From the NCBI RefSeq assembly GCF_009914755.1, contig NC_060933.1: DNA of 64,000 nucleotides, one strand, 5' to 3'. This stretch comes from the human T2T-CHM13v2.0 reference genome, Homo sapiens. The notes beneath the pieces are model-generated. The model made no database searches. It saw only the letters and a program-made list of their open reading frames with translations, and had not been told where the DNA came from. The position numbers were made by a program, and so were the translations under genes. Positions 16,621 to 33,394 of the stretch are shown piece by piece (the first letter of the stretch is position 1; each line of letters begins with the position of its first letter).

Positions 16621-17095
16621 ATAGCTGTATTGTATATATTGTGCTTTTATCTATTCTACACAGTCCTTCTATCTGACAGTCCCCCTCTAAAATTTCTGAT
16701 ATCTCTCCATTCTTCAAACACAGCTCAGATCACTAAGCTTCCACTAAGCTCCCAAGTTCCTGGGGATCTCTCCCTTCTATAATAAATGATTTTATACTTT
16801 ATAATGTTTTTCCTAATGTTGGATTATCACTTAATTATTATGTTTTCAATGTTTAGATTTTATATCCCCCAGCTGATTGTAGGGTCATTTGAAGCCAGAA
16901 CTGTGTCTTTGTACTTCTGTATATATCCCGTGGTAGTGTTTCTCAAGTGCTGGTGCCAGTCCATGAACAATGCTGTCATCTGTTTAGGGCAAAAGGGAAA
17001 AAATAAAGATATGCAGCCAGGTTTTTTTTAAAAAAGCTAATATGTTCTAGTTAGAAGAGTGTCCTTTGTCTTGAAATTGTGCCCTTCATACTTTA

Positions 17096-20588
<3,493 letters not shown>

Positions 20589-20637
20589 TCAGCAATTTTT
20601 ATTTATATTAAGTGTTGGAACAGAAATGCAGATCTGG

Positions 20638-20921
20638 GGCTGGGCACAGTAGCTCATGTCTGTAATCCCAGCACTTTGGGAGGCTGAGGCAGGAGGATTG
20701 CTTGAGCCCAGTAGTTCAGTAACAGCATGAGAAACATAGTGAGACCCCATCTCTGCAAAAATAAAAAAATGAGGCATGGTGGTGCATGCCTGTGGTCCCA
20801 GCTACTCGGGAGGCTGAGGTGGGAGGATCACTTGAACTTGGAATGTCGAGGCTGCAGTAAGCTGTGATCGTGCCATTGCTCTCCAGCCTGGGTGACAGAG
20901 CAAAATCCAGTCTCTTAAAAA
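20638..20921 (+). mobile_element. AluJ with 14-bp TSD AAATGCAGATCTGG
   Basis: aggaggattgcttgagccc (J-type); TSD at 20624-20637 and 20922-20935. Confidence 0.92.
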
Positions 20922-21587
20922 AAATGCAGATCTGGCTTAGGTTCTGTTCATATAATTTTTAGGTAAAAACAGCTTCTCTAATTATTTGACATTATGTAAT
21001 TATTATATGGGACTATTTATAGAGCAAAATGTCTAATGCTATATAAATGCAAGTAAATATGTGGCATAAAAAGATAATCATTCAGAAGGTAACAAAGAGT
21101 ATAAATTTCTGCATTTTTAATAAAACTTCTGTTTATTTGTTAATTTAATATTGCCCATTATTTAAATAGCCCTGAGGGAAGTTTCTCTTGAAATTTTATG
21201 TTGGGAAAAAATTTATGTGTTCCAAAGAATAAATTGCATTATTTATCAGATAATGCAAACCATATAATTATAATGTTTCTCTTTTAGCCTTGGCTACCAA
21301 GAAGTTCAATGGTCAACAAAACTCTCAATTGCATTACCCTATCTTCTCATTGGTTGCTGATATAAATCTCTCCCTCTCTCCTGGGTTATTATTCTCTTTT
21401 AAATGTTAAAGAATAGTGTTTACATATATGGGTTTGTAAGGTAATTTGTCTCAATTACTTATGGAAAGTAGGAAAAATAAAAATAATAAATGCATTACCA
21501 ATAAGTAGATCTCCACACCGGAGAGAAGACTGGGAGCTTACACAGAACGCAAGCATGATATATATTTTGCTACCCGCACTGGAGGTA

Positions 21588-21737
21588 GTTTACCATCCTA
21601 ATCCTTGTGATTTTTGACTATTTTCATTTTTTCTTCAGACCAGTAAACATTGACCCAATTTGTACTTGTTTACCATCCTAATCCTTGTGATTTTGACTAT
21701 TTTCATTTCTTTCTTCAGACCAGTAAACATTGACCCA
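21588..21737 (+). repeat. Direct duplication of 70 bp (period 80) containing a branch point, pyrimidine tract and AG
   Basis: 21588-21657 is nearly identical to 21668-21737, with spacer atttgtactt. Confidence 0.95.
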
Positions 21738-21759
21738 GTTTTCTCAGAACAAATAGACG
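21719..21759 (+). other. Candidate 41-nt internal exon
   Basis: ttgactattttcatttctttcttcAG|...gacg|GTGAGT; open in one frame (PVNIDPVFSEQID). Confidence 0.5.
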
Positions 21760-21892
21760 GTGAGTTCATGGGACCCACAGTCATTGTTGGGTCATTTTAT
21801 GTTTGGATAGACAAGGCTCTCAGCCTCGGATGGCGGCAGAGGTTCATCCCAGCTTTGAATCTTATTGTCAAGGGACTTCTCTTTTTCAACAG

Positions 21893-21954
21893 GAAGCTAC
21901 TGTTCAAATTTGACAACCATCAGCAACTACCTTGTTACCACAATTCTTGTATGA
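21893..21954 (+). other. Candidate terminal coding exon segment
   Basis: cttctctttttcaacAG| after a 133-nt intron; continues the frame as GSYCSNLTTISNYLVTTILV*. Confidence 0.4.
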
Positions 21955-22224
21955 TATCAGACTGTGTCATAATTTCTTGCCTTATTATTTTAACTATTCT
22001 GAACAAGTGGATTTTTCTGAATTTAAACATATTCACTAGACAATACTAAACTTGTATAGAAGAGGGGTTTATTTTGTTTTTAGCTTTCACCAACCAAAAA
22101 TAAGCATTGATTTCTGTTTTGTTTTGTTTTTTAATTTTTACCAACCAAGAGGAAGCACTGATAGAGGAAGAGGTTTAAATTGTAGATTTGCTGAAAATAT
22201 TACGCTAAACATTGGGTGAGAAAA

Positions 22225-22492
22225 TGAGTGGGTTCAAAGTTTGGCTCTGTTATCTCTTAGCTGTGTTATTACCTGTACAAATTATTTATTTTCCTCTTGG
22301 TTCTGTTTCTTCACTTATAAAATAAGCAACAATTTATTATTGGTGTGGAGAATAAATGACACATATAGCAGTGTACGTAACATATTGCATATAAATGATA
22401 TGTATAGTATATGTAAAGTATTGTGTGTAAATGATATATGGTATTGTATGTAAAGCACTTAGGATGGTCCTAGGCAAGAGTTAGCTATTATT
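22225..22492 (+). mobile_element. MIR with an internal degenerate triplication
   Basis: gggttcaaagtttggctctg...tgtttcttcacttataaaata...gtaaagcacttag. Confidence 0.7.
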
Positions 22493-22804
22493 AACATTTT
22501 AGAATTATAGAAATGTAATTATATATAATAAGCATTACAAGTGAATAATTTAAAAATTTGCTTCCTAAATATAAGTTAAATGTAATTTCACATAAAGGGT
22601 AGTAGGTGAGATAAAAAAATGTAAAAACCTTCTAACCACAAAAGATTGTTCTTCATTATTTAAATGGTTTCACACTTCCTTGTGGTCAATGGAATTATAT
22701 CCACTCATTTTTGTGTCACCGACTTGACCTGAGCATTTATTAAATAGAAGATGTTCAATAAATGTTGACCTGAAATAATCTGAATTCTAACCAGCTGCTA
22801 TTCA

Positions 22805-23050
22805 AAGGCTACATTTATTGAGATCCAAGGATGCCCCAGGCACTGGGGATACAAAGATAAATAAAACGTGGATTCTGCATTCAAGGGAAGCACACCCTAG
22901 AGTGGGAGGCAGACATGTAAAGAAACAACTGCATCCCCAGGGAAGTGGCACAAGCGAGAAATGTGTACAGGGCTGGGGGCACTGAGTGGGCAGAGACCCT
23001 GGGGAAGGGTGGCTGTCAGAGGAGGTTTTCCCAGTAGTGTGCCATTGCAT
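22805..23050 (-). mobile_element. L2 3' fragment
   Basis: catttattgag...ccaggcactggggatacaaagataaataaaac. Confidence 0.7.
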
Positions 23051-24342
23051 CTTTACCTTCCCTCTGCTCTGCGTTTGGGGATTAGATAAAGTCAGTGAAT
23101 GAGGCAAGAAAAAAACAAGCACATATAGGGCCAAATTACTCTTAAGAAAACTCTTAATTGCTCACTAAGAATACATAGAATAAATCCTATGAAGATACAC
23201 GTCTGTACACTTGTGAAATGTCTCTGATAATGTAAAGCATATAAGTAATATTTTACAGTATTTTAATTGTTAAAATTATTATTTTTCTGAGACACTATTG
23301 TTCAACTCAATTTAAAAGTGTAAATGATGAGCTTCTCCTGAAAATAGAAGATAGGGCCTATGTTTTAACAATATTGGCTAATGAAAAGACATTGTACTAC
23401 TATTACATTTATGACTAGTTTGTGAATGTTTCAATAGAGAAATAAAGCACACTGGGGAAAGAAAAGACATATCTAATTTTAAAAATGAAATGCATTATTG
23501 TAAAATAGTTATGAATGTGAGTGAAAATAAAATTTACTCACCAACGTGTAGGCTATAGCCTAGAAATGCGTCTATTTTTTATGCTATAGACTTTCTGTCA
23601 TGTATCCAACTAAACGTCTCTGTCCTTCTAAGTCTGGAATGTTATGACTCTGAGAAGACATAAATATAGCTGGCACCAACCTAAAATGCAAAGACCAAAA
23701 CACTGAGATAATATTTTATCAACAATCAAGGATATTTAAAGTGAATGTCTCTGTAATGAATTTAGATATAGAAAGTTCTTTAATGGTCGTTGTGAAATAA
23801 AAAGTAAAAAGAACTGATACATGTGAATAACATTTGAAAGGCAGTTAGCACATTTCCAGCAGGCTATTTTTCCAGAAAAGGGGCCAGAAATCTAAATCAT
23901 AAGAATAAAAACTGCTTTTTTTTTTTTTGTAGGATGAATGTTATGTAGGGCTATGTTTCTGAGTAAAAGCCTGATGCTCAGTTCTTTATAAGAATGCTCT
24001 CCTGAAATTATATAAATGCCTGTACACTTATAAAGACCTTAAAATAATTAAAAATAAATTAAGCAGTCATCATAATAGTTAATAATTTTAAATTACATTT
24101 AATATGATAAAGTAGCATACAGTATTATTCAATGCTCTCATCTTTATAATTTATAGGTTATACTGCAATAAATGTAAAGTTCAAAGAATTTTTCTAATTT
24201 ATATTTTGAACATTTTCAAATGCAAGGAAAAGTTCAGGAGTAGAACATTTGAATTGTGTAGTCACCATCTAGATAACAAACTTTTTAAATGTGCAAAGCA
24301 TATATATATGAGCAATGCTATCTCCTCATAAATATGCATACC

Positions 24343-25199
<857 letters not shown>

Positions 25200-25214
25200 C
25201 AGCATATATATGTA

Positions 25215-28200
25215 TTTTAAATTTGAAGTTCCAAAGTACATGTGCAGGATGTGCAGGTTTATTACATAGGTAAATGTGTGCCATGGTGATTTGTTGCACC
25301 TGTCAACCCATCACCTAGGTATTACTAGTTATTTGTCCTGATGCTCTCCCATCCCCCACACACTGCTGACAGGCCCCAGTGTGTGTTGCTTCCCTCCCTG
25401 TGTCCCTGTGTTCTCATTGTTCAGCTCCCGCTTATAAGTGAGAACCTGTGGTGCTTGGTTTTCTGTTCCTGCATTAGTTTGCTGAGGATAATGGCTTCCA
25501 CCTCCATCCATGTCCCTGCAAAGGACATGATCTCATTCCTTTTTATGGCTGCATAGTATTCCATGGTGTGTATGTACCACATTTTTAAAAAATCCAGTTA
25601 ATCATTGGTGGGCTTTGAGGTTGACTCCATGTCTTTGCTATTGTGAATAGTGTTGCAATGAACATACAAGTGCATGTATCTTTATAATAGAATTATTTAT
25701 ATTCCTTTGGGTATATACCCAGTAATGGAATTGCTGGGTCAAATGATATTTCTGGTTCTAAATCTTTGAGGAATCATCACAGTGTCTTCCACAGTGGTTG
25801 AACTAACTGACATTCCCACCAATGCTATAAAAGCGTTCCTGTTTCTCTGCAGCCTCACCAGCATCTGTGGTTTCTTGACTTTTTAATAATCACCATTCTG
25901 GCTGGCATAAGATAGTATCTCATTGTGGTTTTGATTTGCATTTCTCTAATGATCAGTGACGTTGAGCTTTTTTTCATATGTTTCTTGCCACATAAATGTC
26001 TTCTTTTGAGAAGTGTCTATTCATGTCCTTTGCCCACTTTTTAATGGTGTTTTCTTTTTCTTGTAAATTTGTTTAAGTTCCTTGTAGATTCTGGATATCA
26101 GACCTCTGTCAGATGAATAGATTACAAAAATTTTCTTCCATTCTGTAGGTTCACTCTGATGATAGTTTCTTTTGCTGCGTAGAAGCTCTTTAGTTTAATT
26201 AGATCCCATTTGTCAGTTTTTGCTTTCATTGCAATTGCTTTGGACATTTTTGTCATGAAATCTTTGCCCATGCCTATTTCCTGAATGGCATTGCCTAGAT
26301 TTTCTTCTAGGGTTTTTATACTTTCGGGTTTTATATTTATGTCTTTAATCCATCTTGAGTTATTTTTTATATAAGGTATAAGGAAGGGGTGCACTTTCAA
26401 TTTTCTGCATACAGCTAGCCAGCTCTCCCAGAACCATTTATTAAATAGGAAATCCTTTCCCCATTGCTTGTTTTTGTCAGGTTTGTTGAATATCAGATGA
26501 TTGTAGATGTGTGGTCTTATTTCTGAGTTTTCTATTCTGTTCCATTGGTCTATGTGTCTGTTTTTGTATCAGTACCATGCTGTTTTGGTTACTGTAGCCT
26601 GGTAGTACAATGAGGTGAAGTAAAATGATGTCTCCAGCTTTGTTATTTTTGCTTAAGATTGTCTTGGCTATATGAGCTCTTTTTTGGTTCCATATGAATT
26701 TTAAAATAGTTTTTTTTCTAATTCTGTGAAGAATGTCAATGGTACTTTAATGGAAATAGCATTTAATCTATAAATTTGGGCAGTATGGTCATTTTCATGA
26801 TCTTGATTCTTCCTATCCATGAGCATGGAGCGTTTTTCCATTTGTTTGTGTCCTCTCTTATTTCCTTGAGCAATGGTTTGTAGTTCTCCTTGAAGAGGTC
26901 CTTCACTTCCCTTGTTAGATGTATTGCTGGGTATTTTATTCTCTTTGTAGCAATTGTGAATAAAAATTCATTAATAATTTGGCCCTCTACTTATCTGTTG
27001 TTGGTGTATAGGAATGCTTGTGATTTTTGGTTTTATATCTGAGAACTTGCTGAAGTTGTTTATCAGCTTAAGAAGCTTTTGGGCTGAGATGATGGGGTTT
27101 TCTAGATGTAGGTCATGTCATCTGTAAACAGAGACTATTTGACTTTCTCTCTTCTTATTTGAATACCCTTTATTTTTTTCTCTTGCCTGATTGCCCTGGC
27201 CAGAACTTCCAATACTATGTTGAATAGGAGTGGTGAGACAGAACGTTCTTATCTTGTGCCGGTTTTCAAGGGCAATGCTTCTAGCTTTTGCTCTTTCAGT
27301 ATTACACTGGCTGTGGTTTTGTCAAAAATGGCTTTTATTATTTTGAGGTATGTTCCTTCAATACCTAATTTATTGAGAGTTTTTAACATGAAGGGATGTT
27401 GAATTTTATCGAAGGACCTTTCTGCATCTATTGAGATAATCATGTGGATATTGTCTTTAGTTATGCTTATGTGATAAATTACATTTGTTTATTTGCATAT
27501 GTTGAACCAGCCTTGCATCCCAGGAATGAAGCCAACTTGATCATGGTGGATAAGCTTTTTTTATGTGCTGGTGGATTTGATTTGCCAGTATTTTATAGAA
27601 GATTTTTGCACCGATGTTCATCAGGGATACTGGCCTGAAGTGTTCTTTGTTGTACCTCTGCCAGGTTTTGGTATCAGGATGATGCTGGTCTCATAAAATG
27701 AGTTACGGAGGAGTCTATCCTTTTCAATTGTTTGGAATAGTTTCAGAGGAAATGGTATCAGCTCCTCTTTGTACTTCTTATAGAATTCAGCTGTAAATCC
27801 TTCTGGTCCTGGGCTTTTTCTTGTTGGTAGGCTATGTATTACTGCCTCAATTTCAGAACTCATTGGTTTATTCAGGGATTCAGCTTCTTTCTGTTTCAGT
27901 CTTGGGAGGGTGTATGTGTCCAGGAATTTATCCACTTCTATATTTTCTAGTTTATGTGCATAGAGGTGTTTATAGTATTCTCTGATGGTTGGTTGTATTT
28001 CTGTGGGGTCAGTGGTGATATCCTTTTTTATCATTTATTATTGTGTTGATTTGATTCTTCTCTCTTTTCTTCTTTATCAGTCTAGCTAGCAGTCTATCTA
28101 TTTGATTAATTTTTTCAAAAAACAGGTTCCTGGATTTGTTGATTTTTTTTGAAGGGTTTTTCATGTCTCTATCTCCTTCAGTTCTTCTCTGAGCTTAGTT

Positions 28201-30828
28201 ATTTCTTGTCTTCCTCTAGCTTTAGAGTTTGTTAGTTCTTGGTTCTCTAGTTGTGATGTTAGGATGTCAATTTGAGATCTTTCTGGCTTTTTTTACATGA
28301 GCATTTGGTGCTATAAATTTTCATCTTAACACTGCTTTAGCTATGTCTCAGAGATTCTGGTACATTGTCTCTTTGTTCTCATTAGTTTCAAAGAACTTCT
28401 TGATTTCTGCCTTAATTTCATTATTTACCCAGGAGTCATTCAGGAGCAGATTGTTCAATTTCCATGTAGTTGTGTGGTTTTAAGTGAGTTTCTTAATCTT
28501 GAGTTCTAATTTTATTGTGCTGTGGTCAGAGAGACTGTTATGATTTTAGTTCTTTTGCATTTGCTGAGGAATGTTTTACTTCCAATTATGTGATCAATTT
28601 TAGAGTAAGTGCCATGTGGTGCTGAAAAAATATATATTCTGTCATTTTTGGGTGGAGAGTTCTGTAGATGTCTATCAGGTCCACTTGATCCAGAGCTGAG
28701 CTCAAGTCCTGAATATCTTTGTTAATTTTTTGTCTTAATGATCTGTCTAATATTGACAGTGGGGTGTTAAAGTCTCCCACTATTATTGTGTGTGAGTCTG
28801 AGTCTCTTTGCAGGTCTCTAAGAACTTGTTTTATGAATCTGAGTGCTCCTGTATTGGTGTATATATATTTAGGATAATAAGCTCTTCTTGTTGAATTGAA
28901 CCCTTTACCATTATGTAATGCCCTCCTTTGTCTTTTTTAATCTTTGTTGGTTTAAAGTCTGTTTTGTCAGAAACTAAGATCATGACCTCTGCTTTTTTCT
29001 GCTTTCCATTTGCTTGGCAAATTTCCCTCTATCTCTTTATTTTGAGCCTATGGGTGTCTTTGCACATAAGATGGGTCTCTTGAATACAGCGCACTGATGG
29101 GTCTTGACTCTTTATCCAGCTTGCCATTCTTTATCTTTTAATTGGGGAATTTAGCCCACTTATATTTAAGGTTAATATTTTTATGTGTGAATTTGATCCT
29201 GTCATCATAATGCTAGCTGGTTATTTTGCAGACTTGTTAATGTAGTTGCTTCATAGTGTCATTGGTCTGTGTACTTGAGTGTGTTTTGTGGTGGTTGATA
29301 ATGGTTTTTCCTTTCCATATTTAGTGCTTCCTTCAGGAGCTCTTGCAAGGCAGGCCTGGTTATGACAAATTCCCTCAGCATTTGCTTGTCTGAAAAGGAT
29401 TTTATTTTTCCTTCGCTTATGAAGCTTAGTTTGGCCAGATATGAAATTCTGGGTTGGAAATTCTTTTCTTCAAGAATGTTGAACGTTGGTCCCCAATCTC
29501 TTCTGGCTTGTAGGGTTTCTGCTGAGAGGTCTGCTGTTAGTCTGATGGGCTTCCTTTTGTAGGTGTCCTGCCTTTCTCTCTGGCTGCCCTTAACACTTTT
29601 TCCTTCATTTCAACCATGGAGAATCTGATAATGTGTCTTGGGGTTGATCTTCTCATGGAGTATTTTACCAGGATTCTCTGGAATTCCTGAATTTGAATGT
29701 TAGCCTGTCTTGCTGGGTTGGGGAAGTTCTCCTGGATAATATCTTGAAGTATGTTTTTAAACTTGGTTCCATTCTCCCTGTCTTTTTCAGGTACCCTGAT
29801 CAGTCATAGGTTTGGTCTTTTTACATAATCTCATAGTTCTTGGAGGTTTTGTTTGTTCCTTTTCATTTTTTTTCTCTAGTCTCGTTTGCCTGTTTTATTT
29901 CAGAAAGATAGTCAAGCTCTGAGATTCTTTCCTCTGTTTGGTCTATGTGGCTATCAATACTTGTGGTTGCATTGTGAAGTTCTTGTGTTGTGTTTTTCAG
30001 CTCCATCAGGTCATTTATGTTCCTCTCTAAACTGGTTATTCTGGTTGACAGCTCTTGTAATGTTTTATCATGGTTCTTAGCTTCTTTGCATTGGGTTAAA
30101 ACATATTCCTTTAGCTCAGTGAAGTTCATTATTACCCACCTTCTGAAGCCTACTTCTGTCAGTTCATGCATCTTAACCTCAGCCCAGTTCTGTGCCTTTG
30201 TTGGAGAGGAGTTACGATCATTTGGAGAAGAAGAGGCACTCTGGCTTTTTGAGTTTTTAGCAATTTTGTGTTGATTTTTTTTCTCATCTTCATGAGCTTA
30301 TCTACCTTCGAACTTTGAGGCTGCTGACCTTTGGATGGGGTTTTTGTGGGGTCTTTTTTGTTTATGTTGTTGTTGTTGCTGTTTATCTGTTTTTATTTTA
30401 ACAGGTAAGACCCTCTTCCATAGGGTTTCTGTGGTTTTCTGAGGGTCCACTCCAGACCCTATTCATCTGGGTCCCTCTTGCACTGGGAGGTGTCACCAGT
30501 GGAGGCTGCAGAATAGCAAAGATGACTGCTTGTTCCTTCCTCTGGGAGCTCTGTCCCAGAGGGGCACTGACCTGATGCTGGTGGAAATGCTCCTGTATAA
30601 GGTGTCTGGCAGTGCCTGTTGGAGGGTCCCACCCAGTCATAAGGCACTGGATCCAGGATCTGCTTAACAAAGCGCTCTGGCTGCCCCATGGTGGATCGGT
30701 TGCGCTGCACTGCACTGGGGAGAAATCCCCCTCATCTGGACAAATCCCCCTTATCTGGACTGCTTGGCCTCTTCAGAGCCAGCAGGCAGGAAAGACTAAG
30801 TCCACTGAGCCACAGAGACCACCACCGC
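25215..30828 (-). mobile_element. Near full-length L1PA8-10-like element with TSD CATGTGGGCATAT
   Basis: 3' UTR, ORF2, ORF1 (29863 MHELTEVGFRRWV...) and partial 5' UTR; TSD at 24817-24829 and 30829-30841. Confidence 0.92.
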
Positions 30829-30904
30829 CATGTGGGCATATTTAAACATTTCTTTTAGGGTTGGGGAGTAAAATTGCTGGGTTGTATTTTAACTTTATTG
30901 TTAA

Positions 30905-31342
30905 ACATGGATTTATTATCTTACAGTTGTGGAAGTACAAAGTTGAAAAATCAATCTCACTGGGCTAATGTTAAGGTGGTGGTAGAACTAGTTTCTTCTG
31001 GAGGCTGTCAGGAGAGAATCTATTTCTCCGCCTAGAAGATGAAGCTGAAAATCTTCTAGAGTTTACTTATATTCCTTGGTTTGTGTCCACTTCTTTGCAT
31101 CATTCCCAACTTTGGCTTCCATTATTACATCTCCTATTACTGACTTTGACCCTCCTAACTTTCTCTTCTAAGGACCCTGTGGTTACAGTGGGCCTAGCAA
31201 GGTAATCTAGGACAATCATCTTCCCATCCCCAAATCCTCAATTACATCTACAAAGTTATTTTTATCATGTTAAGTAACAAATCTCCAGGTTCTGCAGATT
31301 AGATATGAACATCTTTTGAGGGCCATTATTCAGTCTATCACA
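30905..31342 (-). mobile_element. MLT1 (C-E type) LTR
   Basis: atttattatcttacagtt...ttcttctggaggct...ggccattattcagtctatcaca. Confidence 0.8.
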
Positions 31343-31786
31343 ACAATATTCAGTCTTCCAATTCATAAACATAGGTTGCATTTGTATGTATTTAAATCTT
31401 CTTTAATTTTTCTCAGCAATATTTTTTAGTTTACAGATACAAATTATGCACATATTTGTTAAATGTATTCATAATTATTTTACTCTTTTTGAAGCTATTA
31501 TAAATGGAAATGATTTATTAATTTAATTTTCAGATTGTTGCTAGTGTATGGAAATGCAATTGGGTTTTAAATATTGATTCTGTATCCTGAAACCTTGCTA
31601 AACTAACATTACTTCAGTAGGTTTTTTTTTTTTTTGGTGTGCAGATTTATCAGAATTTAGGATTTTCTAATTACAGACAGACTCATATCATCTGTGGATA
31701 AAGAGTACTATTTCGTCCTTTGCAGTCTGGGTACTGTTGCTATATTTTTCCTCATTTCACTAGCTAGAACCTCCTGTATAACATTA
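31343..31786 (-). mobile_element. Old L1M ORF2 fragment (continues at about 41105)
   Basis: aacaatattcagtcttccaattcat...gctagaacctcctgtataac. Confidence 0.75.
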
Positions 31787-33390
31787 AAATGGCCATACTG
31801 CCCAAAGGAATGTGCATATTCAATGCTATTCCTATCAAACTACTAATGACATTCTTCTGAGAATTAGAAAAAAATCTGTTTTAAAATTCATGCAGAACCA
31901 AAAAAGAGCCTGAATAGCCAAGGCAATCCTAAGCCAAAGGAGCAAAGCTGGAGATATCATGTTACCTCACTTCCAACTATACTACAAGGCTACAGTAATC
32001 AAAACAGCATGTTACTGGTACAAAAACAGACACGTAGACCAATGGAACAGAATGGAGAGCCCAGAAATAATGCCACACACACACAGCCATCTAATCTTTG
32101 ACAAAGTAGACAAAAGCAAGCAGTGGGGAAAGGACTACATATTCAACAAATGGTGCTGGAATAATTGGCTAGCCATATGAAAGATATTGGAATTGGACTC
32201 CTTTCTTACACCATACACAAAAATTAACTCAAGAAAGATTAAAGACCTAAATATAAAACTTAAAGCTCTAAAAACTCTGGAAGAAACCTAGGAAATACCA
32301 TTGTAGACATAGGAATGGGCAAGATTTCATGACCAAGATGCCAAAAGCAATTGCAACAAAAACAAAATTGGCAAATGGAACCTAATTAAAGAGTTTCTTT
32401 ACAGCAAAATAAACTGTCAACTGAATAAACAGACAACCTACAGAATGGGAGAAAATATCTGCAAAGTATGCATCTGATAAAGGTCTAATATCTAGAAGAT
32501 TCATTTAAGGAACTTAAATGAATTTATAAGCAAAAATCAAACAGCCCCATTAAAGAGCAGGCAAATGACATGAACAGATAATTTTCAAAGAAGACATACA
32601 TGTGGCCAGGAAACCTATGAAAAATGGTCAACAGGACTAATTTTTAGTGAAATGCAAATCAAAACCACAATGAGAGACCATCTCACTAGTCAAAATCAGT
32701 ATTATTAAAAAGTCAAAAAATAGCAGATGCTGGCAAGATTGTGGAGAAAAAGGAATGCTTATGCACTGCTGGTAGGAATTAAAATTAATTCAGCAATTGT
32801 GGATATCAGTGTGGCAATTCCTTAAAGAAATTAAAACAGAACTTCCATTTGACCCAGAAATTTCATTATTGGGTATATACACAAAGGAATATAAATCATT
32901 CTACCATAAAGACACATGCATACATGTTCATTGCAGCACTAGTCATAATAATAAAGACAAGAAATCAACCTAGATGCCCACCAATGGTAGACTGGATAAA
33001 GAAAATGTGGTACATATATGTCATGGAATACTATGCAGCCATATAAAAGAATGAGATCATATTCTTTGCAGAAACATGGATGGAACTGGAGGCCATTATC
33101 TTAAGCAAAATAACACAGGAACAGAAAAATAAATACTGAATGTTCTCACTTTTAAGTAGGACCTAACAATGAGGACACATGGACACAAAGAGGGGAACAA
33201 TAGACACTGGGGATTACTTGAGGGTGGATGATGGGAAAAGGGAGAAGATTAAAAAACTACCTATTGAGCACTATGCTTATTACCTGGGGGACAAAATAAT
33301 CTGTACATCAAACCCCCAAGACATGCAGTTTACCTATGCAACAAACGTGCACGTGTATCCCTGAACCTAAAATAAATGTTAAAAATAAAA
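31787..33390 (+). mobile_element. 5'-truncated L1 (L1PA16/L1PB-like)
   Basis: Starts aaaatggccatactgccc; 3' UTR ends ctgaacctaaaataaa. Confidence 0.9.
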
Positions 33391-33394
33391 GATG

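Noticed and set aside
21660-22049. 129-aa hydrophobic single-exon membrane protein
   Set aside because: Non-ATG start; the hydrophobicity comes from T-rich intron-like sequence and the duplication. A spliced reading is more plausible.
30723-30760. 19-bp tandem duplication in an L1 5' UTR
   Set aside because: Real but an ordinary slippage event with no sign of function.
31343-33390. Twin-priming inversion (antisense piece and sense L1 meet near the same L1 coordinate)
   Set aside because: The antisense piece looks like older L1M and resumes after 41105, so it is host sequence. The coordinate match is probably coincidental.
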